DNA of 64,000 nucleotides, taken from Candidatus Eiseniibacteriota bacterium. Lineage in GTDB: Bacteria; Orphanbacterota; Orphanbacteria; Orphanbacterales; Orphanbacteraceae. This document shows, in pieces, positions 20,476-29,478 of this stretch. The stretch covers positions 1 through 64,000 of the forward strand of contig JBDROZ010000088.1 of NCBI GenBank assembly GCA_043809585.1, given 5' to 3'. The notes under the pieces were generated by a model. The model did no database searches. It saw only the letters and a program-made list of their open reading frames with translations, and was not told the DNA's origin. The position numbers were made by a program, and so were the translations under genes. Position 1 is the stretch's first letter. Each line of letters begins with the position of its first letter.

Positions 20476-20598
20476 GAACACTCCGGGGGAGAACACTCCG
20501 GGGGACACAATACCGAATTTGCTATTCGAGGGACACAATACCGAACTCGAGTTCGGTATTGTGTCCCCGCTTCTCGTCTTGTGTCCCCGCTTCTCGTC
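20476..20598. repeat. REP-like cluster: perfect 38-bp palindrome flanked by short tandem repeats
   Basis: GGGACACAATACCGAACTC|GAGTTCGGTATTGTGTCCC at 20530-20567; an extra GGGGACACAATACCGAA arm at 20501; (GAACACTCCGGGGGA)x2; (TTGTGTCCCCGCTTCTCGTC)x2. Confidence 0.85.
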
Positions 20599-20964
20599 CG
20601 TCGATCGCGACGCGAACAGCACGTGACACTGTGCGATCTGGTCCAGTGAGTCGATTCGGATCGCGACGATACGGCGTGATTGGGGCTGGTGGGTCTCGAG
20701 CGCGTCCTCGAGGACCTCCAGCAGCGGGTCGTCCCCGAGGATGCCGACGACGGTGGGGTCGTCTTCCGAAAGGTAGGTGCCGTCGGGCCAGGTGACCAGA
20801 CGGCTGAAGTTCAGAAGGTACGCGCCCTTGATCTCCGATTCCGTGGGCGGCTCCGCATCGGCGAAGCTACGCCCTGCCGGAAGAACGCAGAGAAACAGGA
20901 TCGCAAGGGCGAGCGCGGTCTCGGCCTTCAAACCGAGAGATGGTCTCAGTCGAATCCCCGGCAT
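20599..20964 (-). pseudogene. Truncated YfiR-family (DUF4154) periplasmic protein
   Basis: Signal peptide, IKGAYLLNFSRLVTWP, VGILGDDP, CHVLF motifs. The reading frame then runs into the repeat cluster and the expected C-terminal part is missing. Confidence 0.7.
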
Positions 20965-21392
20965 CTCGATGCCTTTCCGGCCGAGTCGTGGCGAGTTGTC
21001 ACCCGGTGCAACGGGAAGAACCCTGGTCGAGAGTCACATCCCCCCGGTCGGTCGGGGAATCAGCCTACTTATCGGTGATCATGCCCGATCTCATGAGGTT
21101 CTTCGCGATCCGGCAACATCCGGAAGAGGGTTCTTCCGAAGGCCCCGGAGAAGGCCTGAACCGGCTCTTCCCGGCCGGTATGGAATCGGTCCTGCCGATA
21201 GACATGCGATGGAGCTCTCTGCTTCCGAAATCGTCCTGTATGATCGCCTTGCGCAACCCCAAAGAACTCAACGCGCTTCATCCTATTGGTAGGGACGCCT
21301 CCCTGCGATGTCGGCGACCCTTCACAATGAGATCGGTATGAACTACACTCGTGGTCCCCTCGATGTTCCGCCAGGAATCTGGCGAGAGGACC

Positions 21393-23681
21393 ATGATGAT
21401 CGGGAAAACCATCGCCCACTACCGAATCCTCGAGAAGATCGGGGCCGGCGGCATGGGTGAGGTGTACCGTGCCCTCGATACGAAGCTCGGGCGAGAGGTG
21501 GCCGTCAAGGTCCTCCCCGCCAGCTCTGCCCTGGACCCGGAACTTCTGCAACGATTCAGACGTGAAGCCAAAGCCATTGCCGCCTTCAAGCACCCGAACA
21601 TCGTCACGATCTACTCCGTCGAGGAGGTCGAGGGACTCCACTTCATCACGATGGAGTTGGTGGAAGGACCGACCCTTTCAGAGATCATTCCCGAGGGTGG
21701 TCTTCTTCCGGGTCGTTTCTTCGAAATCGCTCTCCCCCTCGCCAAAGCGGTGGGCTGCGCACACAAGCAAGGCATCACTCACCGCGACCTAAAGCCGGCC
21801 AACATCATGATGGATGAGGAGCGACGACCGAAGATTCTCGATTTCGGACTCGCGAAGCTTTGGGTTCCCGAGCGAACGGACCTCGAAGAGACGATTCCCG
21901 ATGACCTGCAGATGACGAAGATGGGAAGCATCCTCGGCACGGCCGCTTACGTGTCTCCCGAGCAAGTGTGCGGTGGGATCGTCGGGGCCTGGTCGGATAT
22001 CTTCTCGCTGGGGATCATATTCTATGAGATCCTGACCGGAGCCCGGCCCTTTTGCGGCAGGTATCCCGCTGAGATCATGCACAACATAGTCAACGAAGAC
22101 CCCCCTCCGCATGCATCCATACCGGACGCACTGCGCAGGATCATCGATCGTTGTCTTCGGAAGGTACCCGCGGAACGCTTTCAGCGTGCGGATGAGCTTT
22201 TGGGCGCCCTCCAAGAGGCGGTCGGAGCTTTTGAAACGGCTGGGGAGACGGACCTCATCGTGGCCCCGCCCGAGGCCGCGGCGGCCATTGGACGGGAAGA
22301 CTGGGAGACCGCGTACGGAGCGCTTCATGCAATCCGTGAGCGACGAGAACTGTCTCCCGGCGAGCTGGAAATGCTCGGCACGTGCGCGAGTTGGCTCGGC
22401 GATTTCGAAGAGTGCGTCCAGGTCTGGGAAAGGGCCTACGCGAAATACGCGAAAGCGGAGATGAACACCGCAGCGGCGCGGATCGCGCTCGAACTGGCCG
22501 CGCTCTACATCGAGAAGAACGCGGAGGCGATCGCCGGGGGGTGGCAGAAACGGGCGGAACGTCTCCTCCAGAACGTACCCGACTGTATCGAACACGGTCT
22601 CTTGCTTCGCCGAAGGGCGATCTCCGCGCTCGAAAGCGGCGACCACGCCGGCGCTTTCGAACTGAATCGGAGGTGCGGGGAACTCGCGGCGCGCTTCCAT
22701 GACCTCGACCTCCAGGCCGTTGCGCTTCACGATCAGGGACGGATTCTCGTCTCCCGGGGTGACGTCGAAGAGGGGAGGGCTCTCATCAACGAGGCCATGG
22801 CTTCCGCCGTGAGCGGAGAGGTGGACCCGACCACTTTGGGCAATCTTTACTGCCGCACGATGACGGTGTGCCGCTCGCTGGCCGACTTCGAGAGCGTCCG
22901 GGAGTGGAGCGAAGCGGCATGGCGTTGGTGTGAGCCCCAGTCGGCTCCCGGCTATCGCGGTGTCTGTCGGATACACAGCGCGGAAACGATGCGTCACCTC
23001 GGGCTATGGGACAAGGCGGAGCAGGCCGCCCGGAGGGCCTGCCGAGATTTCGAGAATAGCGGAATCGAGGGCCACGCGGGCGAGGCTTTCAACGAACTCG
23101 GGGAACTCGCTCTCCAAAGGGGGAATTATCGGGAAGCGGAGGATGCCTTCGAGCGCGCACACGAATTCGGCCACGATCCGGTTCCCGGGCTGCCCTTGTT
23201 GCGGCTCGCCCAGGGAAAGGGCGGGGCGGCCAAGACCATCTTGGATCGCGCGCTCGGCGAGCACACCGAAGACCGTCTTCGCCGGGCGAAGTTGCTTACG
23301 GCGAACATCACCGTCTCCTTGGCCAATGGTGAACTCGACCGTGCGGCGGATGCCGTTACCGAGCTTGGTGATATCTCGAAGAGTTTCGGCTGCAGATACT
23401 TCGAGGCCCACGCACTCATGGGACTCGGCGCTTTGGAGCTTGCAGGCAAGAACTATGGCGCCGCCGCTCCAATACTCCGCGAGGCCTTGTCCATCTTTGG
23501 TGAACTGAGTTTTCCCTTCTATGCGGCGGTGACCCGAGTTCATCTGGCCAAAGCGTATCTTGGTGAAGGGAATGACGAGGACGCGAAACTGCAGATCGGG
23601 GCGGCCCGCAAGACATTCCGTGAATTGGGCGCCAAAGCGGATCTGGAGGCCGCGTCTCGGTTGATCCCCCATGCAGAATAG
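21393..23681 (+). CDS. Hanks-type Ser/Thr protein kinase fused to TPR/MalT-like helical region
   Basis: GAGGMGEVY, VAVK, HRDLKPAN, DFG, SPEQ, DIFSLG motifs; C-terminal helical repeats; no TM helix seen. Confidence 0.92.
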   Translation: MMIGKTIAHYRILEKIGAGGMGEVYRALDTKLGREVAVKVLPASSALDPELLQRFRREAKAIAAFKHPNIVTIYSVEEVEGLHFITMELVEGPTLSEIIPEGGLLPGRFFEIALPLAKAVGCAHKQGITHRDLKPANIMMDEERRPKILDFGLAKLWVPERTDLEETIPDDLQMTKMGSILGTAAYVSPEQVCGGIVGAWSDIFSLGIIFYEILTGARPFCGRYPAEIMHNIVNEDPPPHASIPDALRRIIDRCLRKVPAERFQRADELLGALQEAVGAFETAGETDLIVAPPEAAAAIGREDWETAYGALHAIRERRELSPGELEMLGTCASWLGDFEECVQVWERAYAKYAKAEMNTAAARIALELAALYIEKNAEAIAGGWQKRAERLLQNVPDCIEHGLLLRRRAISALESGDHAGAFELNRRCGELAARFHDLDLQAVALHDQGRILVSRGDVEEGRALINEAMASAVSGEVDPTTLGNLYCRTMTVCRSLADFESVREWSEAAWRWCEPQSAPGYRGVCRIHSAETMRHLGLWDKAEQAARRACRDFENSGIEGHAGEAFNELGELALQRGNYREAEDAFERAHEFGHDPVPGLPLLRLAQGKGGAAKTILDRALGEHTEDRLRRAKLLTANITVSLANGELDRAADAVTELGDISKSFGCRYFEAHALMGLGALELAGKNYGAAAPILREALSIFGELSFPFYAAVTRVHLAKAYLGEGNDEDAKLQIGAARKTFRELGAKADLEAASRLIPHAE

Positions 23682-23947
23682 GATCGGGGTCCCGGCGGCG
23701 GCAATTCCTCCGGCGCCTCGAGAGGCCCGCCCACCGGTCTCTGCTCCCATCGAGATCGATCATGGCATATCGCTGAGTTCGTCGAGATCGGCCGATCGGT
23801 TTCCGGAACAGGATTCCCCATTCGGAAGGCGCTTCCTTTGAAACGCTCATTGACCACACCGCTCTTTACCGTCATGGCGGTTTGTGTGGTCACCGGAGCG
23901 GGCCCGGCCGGCGGGACGCCGGCACAGGCTGGAGGGGCGATGCAAGA

Positions 23948-23974
23948 AAGCCGCCGACCAAAGGCCGACTGCTT
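23948..23974 (-). terminator. Terminator-like hairpin after tRNA-Glu
   Basis: Minus strand AAGCAGTCGGCC-TTT-GGTCGGCGGCTT followed by TCTT. Confidence 0.45.
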
Positions 23975-23982
23975 CGAAAAAA

Positions 23983-24057
23983 TGGTACCGCTACGGGGAT
24001 TCGAACCCCGGTTACCTGGCTGAGAACCAGGCGTCCTAACCCCTAGACGATAGCGGC
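23983..24057 (-). tRNA. tRNA-Glu (anticodon CTC)
   Basis: GCCGCTATCGTCTAGGGGTTAGGACGCCTGGTTCTCAGCCAGGTAACCGGGGTTCGAATCCCCGTAGCGGTACCA: cloverleaf, CCTGG/CCAGG anticodon stem, GTTCGAATC T-loop, encoded CCA. Confidence 0.97.
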
Positions 24058-24118
24058 ACCGAACAGGACTTTTCGTTCGGAGAAAATTATAGGATCTCGC
24101 CCGGATCGGCGCAACCCC

Positions 24119-25081
24119 CTATTCCGGGGTTTTCGACGGCCCCCCGGGCTGAGTGCCCGTATCCTCTTGCAATAATTCGAGTTCTTCAAGCCAGAGAAAA
24201 ACTTCGCCGACCAGGGTCCGGAGGAGTTCTTCCTTTTCCGGGAGAACGTGACCCCCTTCGAGGAGGACGATCTTCTTCGGCTCCCGGGCAACCTCGTGGA
24301 GGACCCGGACCGACTCGGCCGGGATCCGGGGGTCCCGTTCGGCGTTGACGAGGAGGAGCGGGCAGGGGGCGATCTCGGGCACGAGCCGGACCGGATCGAA
24401 CCGGGCGACCACGCGGCCGAGCATCCGGCCCACGATCGCCTTCAAGAAATCGGGTCTTCCGGGAAGAGCGCGGGCGATCACCGGTCCGACGTCGCCGCCT
24501 CCGTAGAGAAGGGCGGCGGCGTCCGGCTTTTCGCTCATCGATGCGAGGGCGGCGGCGAAGGGGACGCCGAGACTGACGCCGACGACCACGATCTTCTCCG
24601 CGCCGAGACACTCTTCGAGGAAGCGCCGTCCGAGGGCGAAGGCGACAAGGCTCTCCCCGACGCCTTCGACGATCGCGCCGAGTCCACCTACCTTCGCGAG
24701 GATGCTTCCGCGGGGCAGCTTCGCCTTCAGCGGATACTCGAGGGCGAGCACCACCATGCCGGATCGCGGCGGCGCCAGCCGTGCCGCGTTCGCCCCCGTC
24801 CCGATCCCCCCGATGAGGAGAACCCCGACACCCGCCTCCGTTCCGTCCGCGGGAAACCGGATCAATCCCTCGCCTCGTTCGCCGTCCGCTCCCTCGATCG
24901 AAACCGGCACGATCCCCTCCTCCGCCTCCCCGATCGAAGCGCCCGCGGAACGAACGCCGGCGGCGGTCTTCATCGCTTCATCGAAACGGGAGTCGGCGAT
25001 CCGAACGAGGGACCACCAGTAGAGGACGACCGTGAGAAGGAGAAAGAACAGAAGAAGGACGAAGCCAAGAGCGATCTTCAT
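24119..25081 (-). CDS. Membrane-anchored alpha/beta hydrolase
   Basis: N-terminal TM helix; nucleophile GVSLG, acid D in ERDPRIP, His in GGH. Confidence 0.75.
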   Translation of the reverse strand: MKIALGFVLLLFFLLLTVVLYWWSLVRIADSRFDEAMKTAAGVRSAGASIGEAEEGIVPVSIEGADGERGEGLIRFPADGTEAGVGVLLIGGIGTGANAARLAPPRSGMVVLALEYPLKAKLPRGSILAKVGGLGAIVEGVGESLVAFALGRRFLEECLGAEKIVVVGVSLGVPFAAALASMSEKPDAAALLYGGGDVGPVIARALPGRPDFLKAIVGRMLGRVVARFDPVRLVPEIAPCPLLLVNAERDPRIPAESVRVLHEVAREPKKIVLLEGGHVLPEKEELLRTLVGEVFLWLEELELLQEDTGTQPGGPSKTPE

Positions 25082-25550
25082 GGAACGGACCTCCGTCCCT
25101 TCCATTGTAACGAAGTTCTGTCCTCCTTGGTCCCCTCTTCCGCACCCTGGAACAGCTGTGGGAAATTCGGGGCTGACAAGCCCGCCTGCTCCCTCCGCTT
25201 CCTCTCCTTCCGGCGGGGCGGGGGATCGGAGGAGGGAAGGGGATCGGGGCAGACTGGGACGCTCGTCGTGCTGCGGGAGAGTACCCTCCCATTCTCCGGG
25301 CGCGCGCAATCTGCGGTGCGCAGATCTTCCTTGAGCTCCCCGGCTATGCCCCGGCCCCTCCCGATGCCGATTCCCCGTGCCGCCGGCCTCTTTCCGGGAG
25401 TGAGTGTCGCAACACGCACTCGCCCCACGGCACGGCGTTCGGGCCGTCGGGGAACGTGGCGCGAAAGCGACGACGGAGAGGCGCCGTCGCAGCCCGCGAG
25501 CGCCGGCCGCAGCAGGAAACCCCCGGGAGCCGCGGCCTCCTCGAGCCTGC

Positions 25551-26147
25551 CTACTCGAGCTCGAGCTTGATCGACTCGCAGTGGACGAGGGGGTTTTCGA
25601 GCACCCTCCGCCGGAACTCGACGACCTTGTCGAGGGATCCCGCGAAGGTCCCTTTCCCCTTCAACTCGTAGTCGTGTTCGGGCGCGTACCCCTCGACGCC
25701 CTTGGCGTCCTTGTGGTGCTTCTCATTGATCCGGAGATCGCCGAGCGGCACGATTCCCTTCGGCGGGTTCTCCAGGAGCTCCCGGATCTCGGCTCCTTCC
25801 TCGGTGGAGTAGGTCTCGAAACGGACGCCGAACCGGGCCACCGCGACGGCGCGCGACGCCTCCACCGAAATGCCGAGATCGGGAGGGGCGCTCTTCAGCG
25901 CCTCCATCACCGGTCCGTGGATCCCCTCTTCCACGGCGAGGGAGGTTTTCTGGTCCCGCCGGAAACCGATCCACTCGGCCAGCTTCTCCGGGAGCCCCTC
26001 GTCTTCGCCGAGGTCGACCTCGATCTTCTCCTTTTCGCAGTAGTAGACCTTGCCCGATAGGCTCCGGCCTGCCAGGTAGCCGGCGATGTAGCCGCGGACG
26101 AGCGGGTAGGGCCCGTGAACGAGCAGCACCCGGAATCGGCGATCCAT
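25551..26147 (-). CDS. Hypothetical protein
   Basis: Clean ORF with strong RBS (AAGGGGGGAG), protein-like composition, co-oriented downstream of the antiporter. Confidence 0.7.
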   Translation of the reverse strand: MDRRFRVLLVHGPYPLVRGYIAGYLAGRSLSGKVYYCEKEKIEVDLGEDEGLPEKLAEWIGFRRDQKTSLAVEEGIHGPVMEALKSAPPDLGISVEASRAVAVARFGVRFETYSTEEGAEIRELLENPPKGIVPLGDLRINEKHHKDAKGVEGYAPEHDYELKGKGTFAGSLDKVVEFRRRVLENPLVHCESIKLELE

Positions 26148-26177
26148 GATCTCTCCCCCTTTGAGACCTTCCTTCTC

Positions 26178-27770
26178 CTAGAGAAACACGATCGTCACGA
26201 GGACGAAGATGGGAATCAGAATCGGAAGGGAGTATTTGAACATGTACCCGAAGAAGCTCGGCATCGGGACGCCCGCCTCCTCGGAGATCGACTTGACCAT
26301 GAAGTTCGGCGCGTTGCCGATGTACGTGTTCGCCCCCATGAACACGGCGCCGACGGAGAGCGCCTTCAGATAGATCGCCCGTTCGGCGATGAGTGCGTGG
26401 ATCGCCTCGATCTCCGGCATCCCGGCGTAGAACTTGCCGAGCATCGTGTTCAGAAAGGTGAGGTACGTGGGGGCGTTGTCGAGGAAGCTCGACAGCCCGC
26501 CGGCGATCCAGAAGTAATCGGCCGGGCTCTCGGCGGCGCGGATCAGGAAGGCGAGGGCCCCCTCGGAGCCCGCCTTCAAGATCGCGAGGGCCGGGATGAT
26601 GCACATGAAAATGCCCGCGAAGAGGTACGCCACCTCCTTGATCGGGAACCAGGAGAACTCGTTCGCCTCCCGGGTCGCCTTCTTCGTCGCCCAAAGAGAG
26701 AGGACTCCCATGGCGATCAGCATGCCGTCCCGGAACATGTTCTGATAGGGGACGTGAACGCCGTGGATCGAAATGTGCCCCGCCTTCCAGATGCCGGAAA
26801 TCAGCACGGCCCCCATGACTCCGCCGAGGAAGAGGAGGTTTTGGAGCCCCTCGATCCGGATGCCCCCCGTCTCGGACCTCTGAAGCGCCTCCTGGAAATC
26901 CTCGTCCCGCCGGAACTGGATCGTGTCTATCACGAAGAAGAGAATCAGGAGAAGGCCGGCGACGAAGAGCATCTCCGGCAGGAGGTGCATGGTCCAGAAG
27001 AAGGGGACGCCGTGCAGGAACCCGAGGAAGAGGGGCGGGTCGCCGAGGGGCGTGAGCGACCCCCCGATGTTGGAAACGAGGAAGATGAAGAAGATCACGA
27101 TGTACGCCTTCTTCTTCCGCTCCTTGTTCATGCGGAGCAGGGGCCGGATCATGATCATCGAGGCGCCGGTCGTCCCGATCCAGGACGCGAGAAGCGTGCC
27201 GATCAGGATCACCACCGTGTTCGCGAGGGGCGTCCCCCGGAGGCTCCCTCGGACGGCGATCCCGCCTGCGGCGGTGAAGAGCGCCCAGAGAAGCAATATG
27301 AACGGAATGTAGTCGACGATGTAGATGTGGAGGATCTCGTAGAGAGCGTCCCCCCGGTAGAAGGAGAGGAAGGGGATGGCGAAGATCATCGCCCAGGCGA
27401 AGGAGACCTTCGGGAAGTTATGGTGCCACCAGTGGGACGCCACGAGGGGGAAAACGGCGATCGAGAGGAGGATGCCCACGAAGGGGATGACGCTCCAGAG
27501 GGGGAGCTTCTTGCCGATGCCCGATTCGTGGTGCCCCTCCGCGCCGCTCCGGACTTCCCCGGTATCCGCCATGGTGCCGGTGTAGGCGTGATCCGAGGCG
27601 TGGGACCCGTGGTCGTCGGGTCCACCCGTCTGCTGGGCGAGGGCGGGGAACGCCGAAGCGAACAGGAGAACAAGCAGAAGGGCGAGAACCTTGGCCGGAG
27701 AGCCGGCGGAGGAAACGGAGGGACGGGATGGGGACGGACAACCTCGGGAACGGCTGCTACGGTGGATCAT
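26178..27770 (-). CDS. Putative Na+/H+ antiporter or ion-transporter (IT superfamily, DUF1646-like) with His-rich N-terminal extension
   Basis: IGTTGASM, SNIGGSLTPLGDPPLFLGF, SSFLDNAPTY, GANTYIGNAPNFMVK motifs. Start codon uncertain. Confidence 0.85.
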   Translation of the reverse strand: MIHRSSRSRGCPSPSRPSVSSAGSPAKVLALLLVLLFASAFPALAQQTGGPDDHGSHASDHAYTGTMADTGEVRSGAEGHHESGIGKKLPLWSVIPFVGILLSIAVFPLVASHWWHHNFPKVSFAWAMIFAIPFLSFYRGDALYEILHIYIVDYIPFILLLWALFTAAGGIAVRGSLRGTPLANTVVILIGTLLASWIGTTGASMIMIRPLLRMNKERKKKAYIVIFFIFLVSNIGGSLTPLGDPPLFLGFLHGVPFFWTMHLLPEMLFVAGLLLILFFVIDTIQFRRDEDFQEALQRSETGGIRIEGLQNLLFLGGVMGAVLISGIWKAGHISIHGVHVPYQNMFRDGMLIAMGVLSLWATKKATREANEFSWFPIKEVAYLFAGIFMCIIPALAILKAGSEGALAFLIRAAESPADYFWIAGGLSSFLDNAPTYLTFLNTMLGKFYAGMPEIEAIHALIAERAIYLKALSVGAVFMGANTYIGNAPNFMVKSISEEAGVPMPSFFGYMFKYSLPILIPIFVLVTIVFL

Positions 27771-27970
27771 GCTCGCGAAGCCCCTCCAGGTTCGATCGGC
27801 CGGGCAAGGGGATAAGTCTTTCAATGAACGACGATTCTCGCACCCGGGCGCGGGTTGGTCAAGGGAAGTCCTCCCCCGCGCCGGGTAGGCGTGCCGTGAA
27901 GGGAGGTGATATAATGAAACGGACCATCACTCCGACACGGCCCGATCATCCCCCAACCGCGGAGGCCGGA

Positions 27971-29377
27971 ATGAGACGACATCTCCTCCTGTTGCTCGCG
28001 ATCCCTGTCCCCCTGATGATCTTCGCCGGATGCGACGGCGACACTTCGAGCGGACCCGACGGCCTCTTGGTGGAAGAGGCCCGGGAGGTTCTCACGGTAC
28101 GCCTCGAGGCCGCCTACGAGGGGCGGGACCATGCGGAGTTACAAGCCCTCCTCCACCCCGACTTCCGTTTCACCTTCCTGGACGGCGAGGCGCCGGGGGG
28201 GAGCGTCGAAGGAGCGTGGGGAAAGACGACCGAACTCGCGGTGATGCTCGAACTCTTCGGGAGCCCGTCCGTCGACTCCATCGGTTTCGACATCTCGATT
28301 CCCGACGAGGAATTGACCGTCATCGAGGGGACCGGCGAGTACGACTACCGGGCGTCGACGGTGGTCGGGTGGAAGGTGACGATGGAGGCCGCCGGCAAGG
28401 CGGGCGACACGCTCTTCGTCGCGGCGATCCACACCTACCACCTCCGGAAAGACCCCGAGGGGGGCGCCTTCAGGATCTACGACCAGGTGGAGAACGCGAT
28501 CGCCTCCGGCGGCGCCTACTTCGGGAGCGGCGTCGACTTCACGAGCTGGGGCGATTTGAAGAAGATATTTCACGAACCGATGAGCCTCCCGGCGACGAGG
28601 ACGATCAAGGGGACGGTCACCGTGGACTCGACCGGCGGCGCGATGCAAGGGGTCGTCGTCACGGCGGGAGATCATGCCGACACGACCGACGCCTACGGTC
28701 GGTTCGAGGTTGCCGACGTCCCGGGGACCGTGCATTCCGTGGTCTTCTTTCACCCGGCCATGTACGACGAGGTCGTGACCGTGAACGGCGGAGACGAGGT
28801 GGTGCGGATCGACGTCGCATTGTCTTCCCTCGGGTTCCACGAAACACCGGCCGCGATCATCACCGAGGACCTTCCGACCGCTTATTCGAGGGAGGACAGC
28901 GTGCAGTACGCGGCCCTCCTCGATTCGCGCTACCGGTTCGAGCTCCTCACCTGGGAAGTCGACCCGAATGATCCGAATCCTTGGTGGGACCTGACCGAGG
29001 AGCTCCGCATCGCCGGAAATATGTTCTCCCACCGTTACAACGACGACCACCAGCGGGTCGACCGGATCAAGCTCGAGATGACCGAACGGTCGATGACGCC
29101 TCTCGTCGACGTCTATCCCGACCAGCCGGGCGGGGAGACATGGCACGAGGTGACGGCCCTGGTCGACCTCCTCGTGGTGGTCGAAGACCCGGACGACGTG
29201 GATGGAGTCATCAACTTCGTGGTCACCTCGGACCAGATCTTCGTCGTCCGTCCCGATCCGGGACACGAGGGGCGGTATCTGATCTACCGACAAACAGACC
29301 AGGAGCCGATCAACAAGACGCCGAAACCCGGCACGGAAACATCGACGTGGGGCTCGGTGAAGGGGCTCTTCCGGTAG
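27971..29377 (+). CDS. Lipoprotein with two NTF2-like modules, a carboxypeptidase-regulatory-like domain and a C-terminal TWGSVKGLFR tail
   Basis: Lipobox FAGC; duplicated (A)LLxxxF/YRF...W...EL...xF segments; TTDAYGRF in the middle domain. Confidence 0.7.
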   Translation: MRRHLLLLLAIPVPLMIFAGCDGDTSSGPDGLLVEEAREVLTVRLEAAYEGRDHAELQALLHPDFRFTFLDGEAPGGSVEGAWGKTTELAVMLELFGSPSVDSIGFDISIPDEELTVIEGTGEYDYRASTVVGWKVTMEAAGKAGDTLFVAAIHTYHLRKDPEGGAFRIYDQVENAIASGGAYFGSGVDFTSWGDLKKIFHEPMSLPATRTIKGTVTVDSTGGAMQGVVVTAGDHADTTDAYGRFEVADVPGTVHSVVFFHPAMYDEVVTVNGGDEVVRIDVALSSLGFHETPAAIITEDLPTAYSREDSVQYAALLDSRYRFELLTWEVDPNDPNPWWDLTEELRIAGNMFSHRYNDDHQRVDRIKLEMTERSMTPLVDVYPDQPGGETWHEVTALVDLLVVVEDPDDVDGVINFVVTSDQIFVVRPDPGHEGRYLIYRQTDQEPINKTPKPGTETSTWGSVKGLFR

Positions 29378-29478
29378 GAATCGAGAACGCGTAGTCAAAG
29401 ATCAGCACAGGTCAGGGACAGACACTGGTGCCTGTCACCGAGAATCTGGTATGTTCCCGTCATGGGAGGAAACGGGGC

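Noticed and set aside
18056-20510. Long ORFs 18056..20182 (+) and 18183..20510 (-), and similar shadows such as 52110..54755 and 59852..62782
   Set aside because: These are antisense or off-frame shadows of well-supported genes, expected at high GC, and have no recognisable motifs.
20476-20598. CRISPR array
   Set aside because: The repeats are inverted or directly tandem without unique spacers, and no cas genes are present in the window.
20250-24057. Intact prophage or integrative element at tRNA-Glu
   Set aside because: No integrase, phage genes or duplicated tRNA 3' end were seen.
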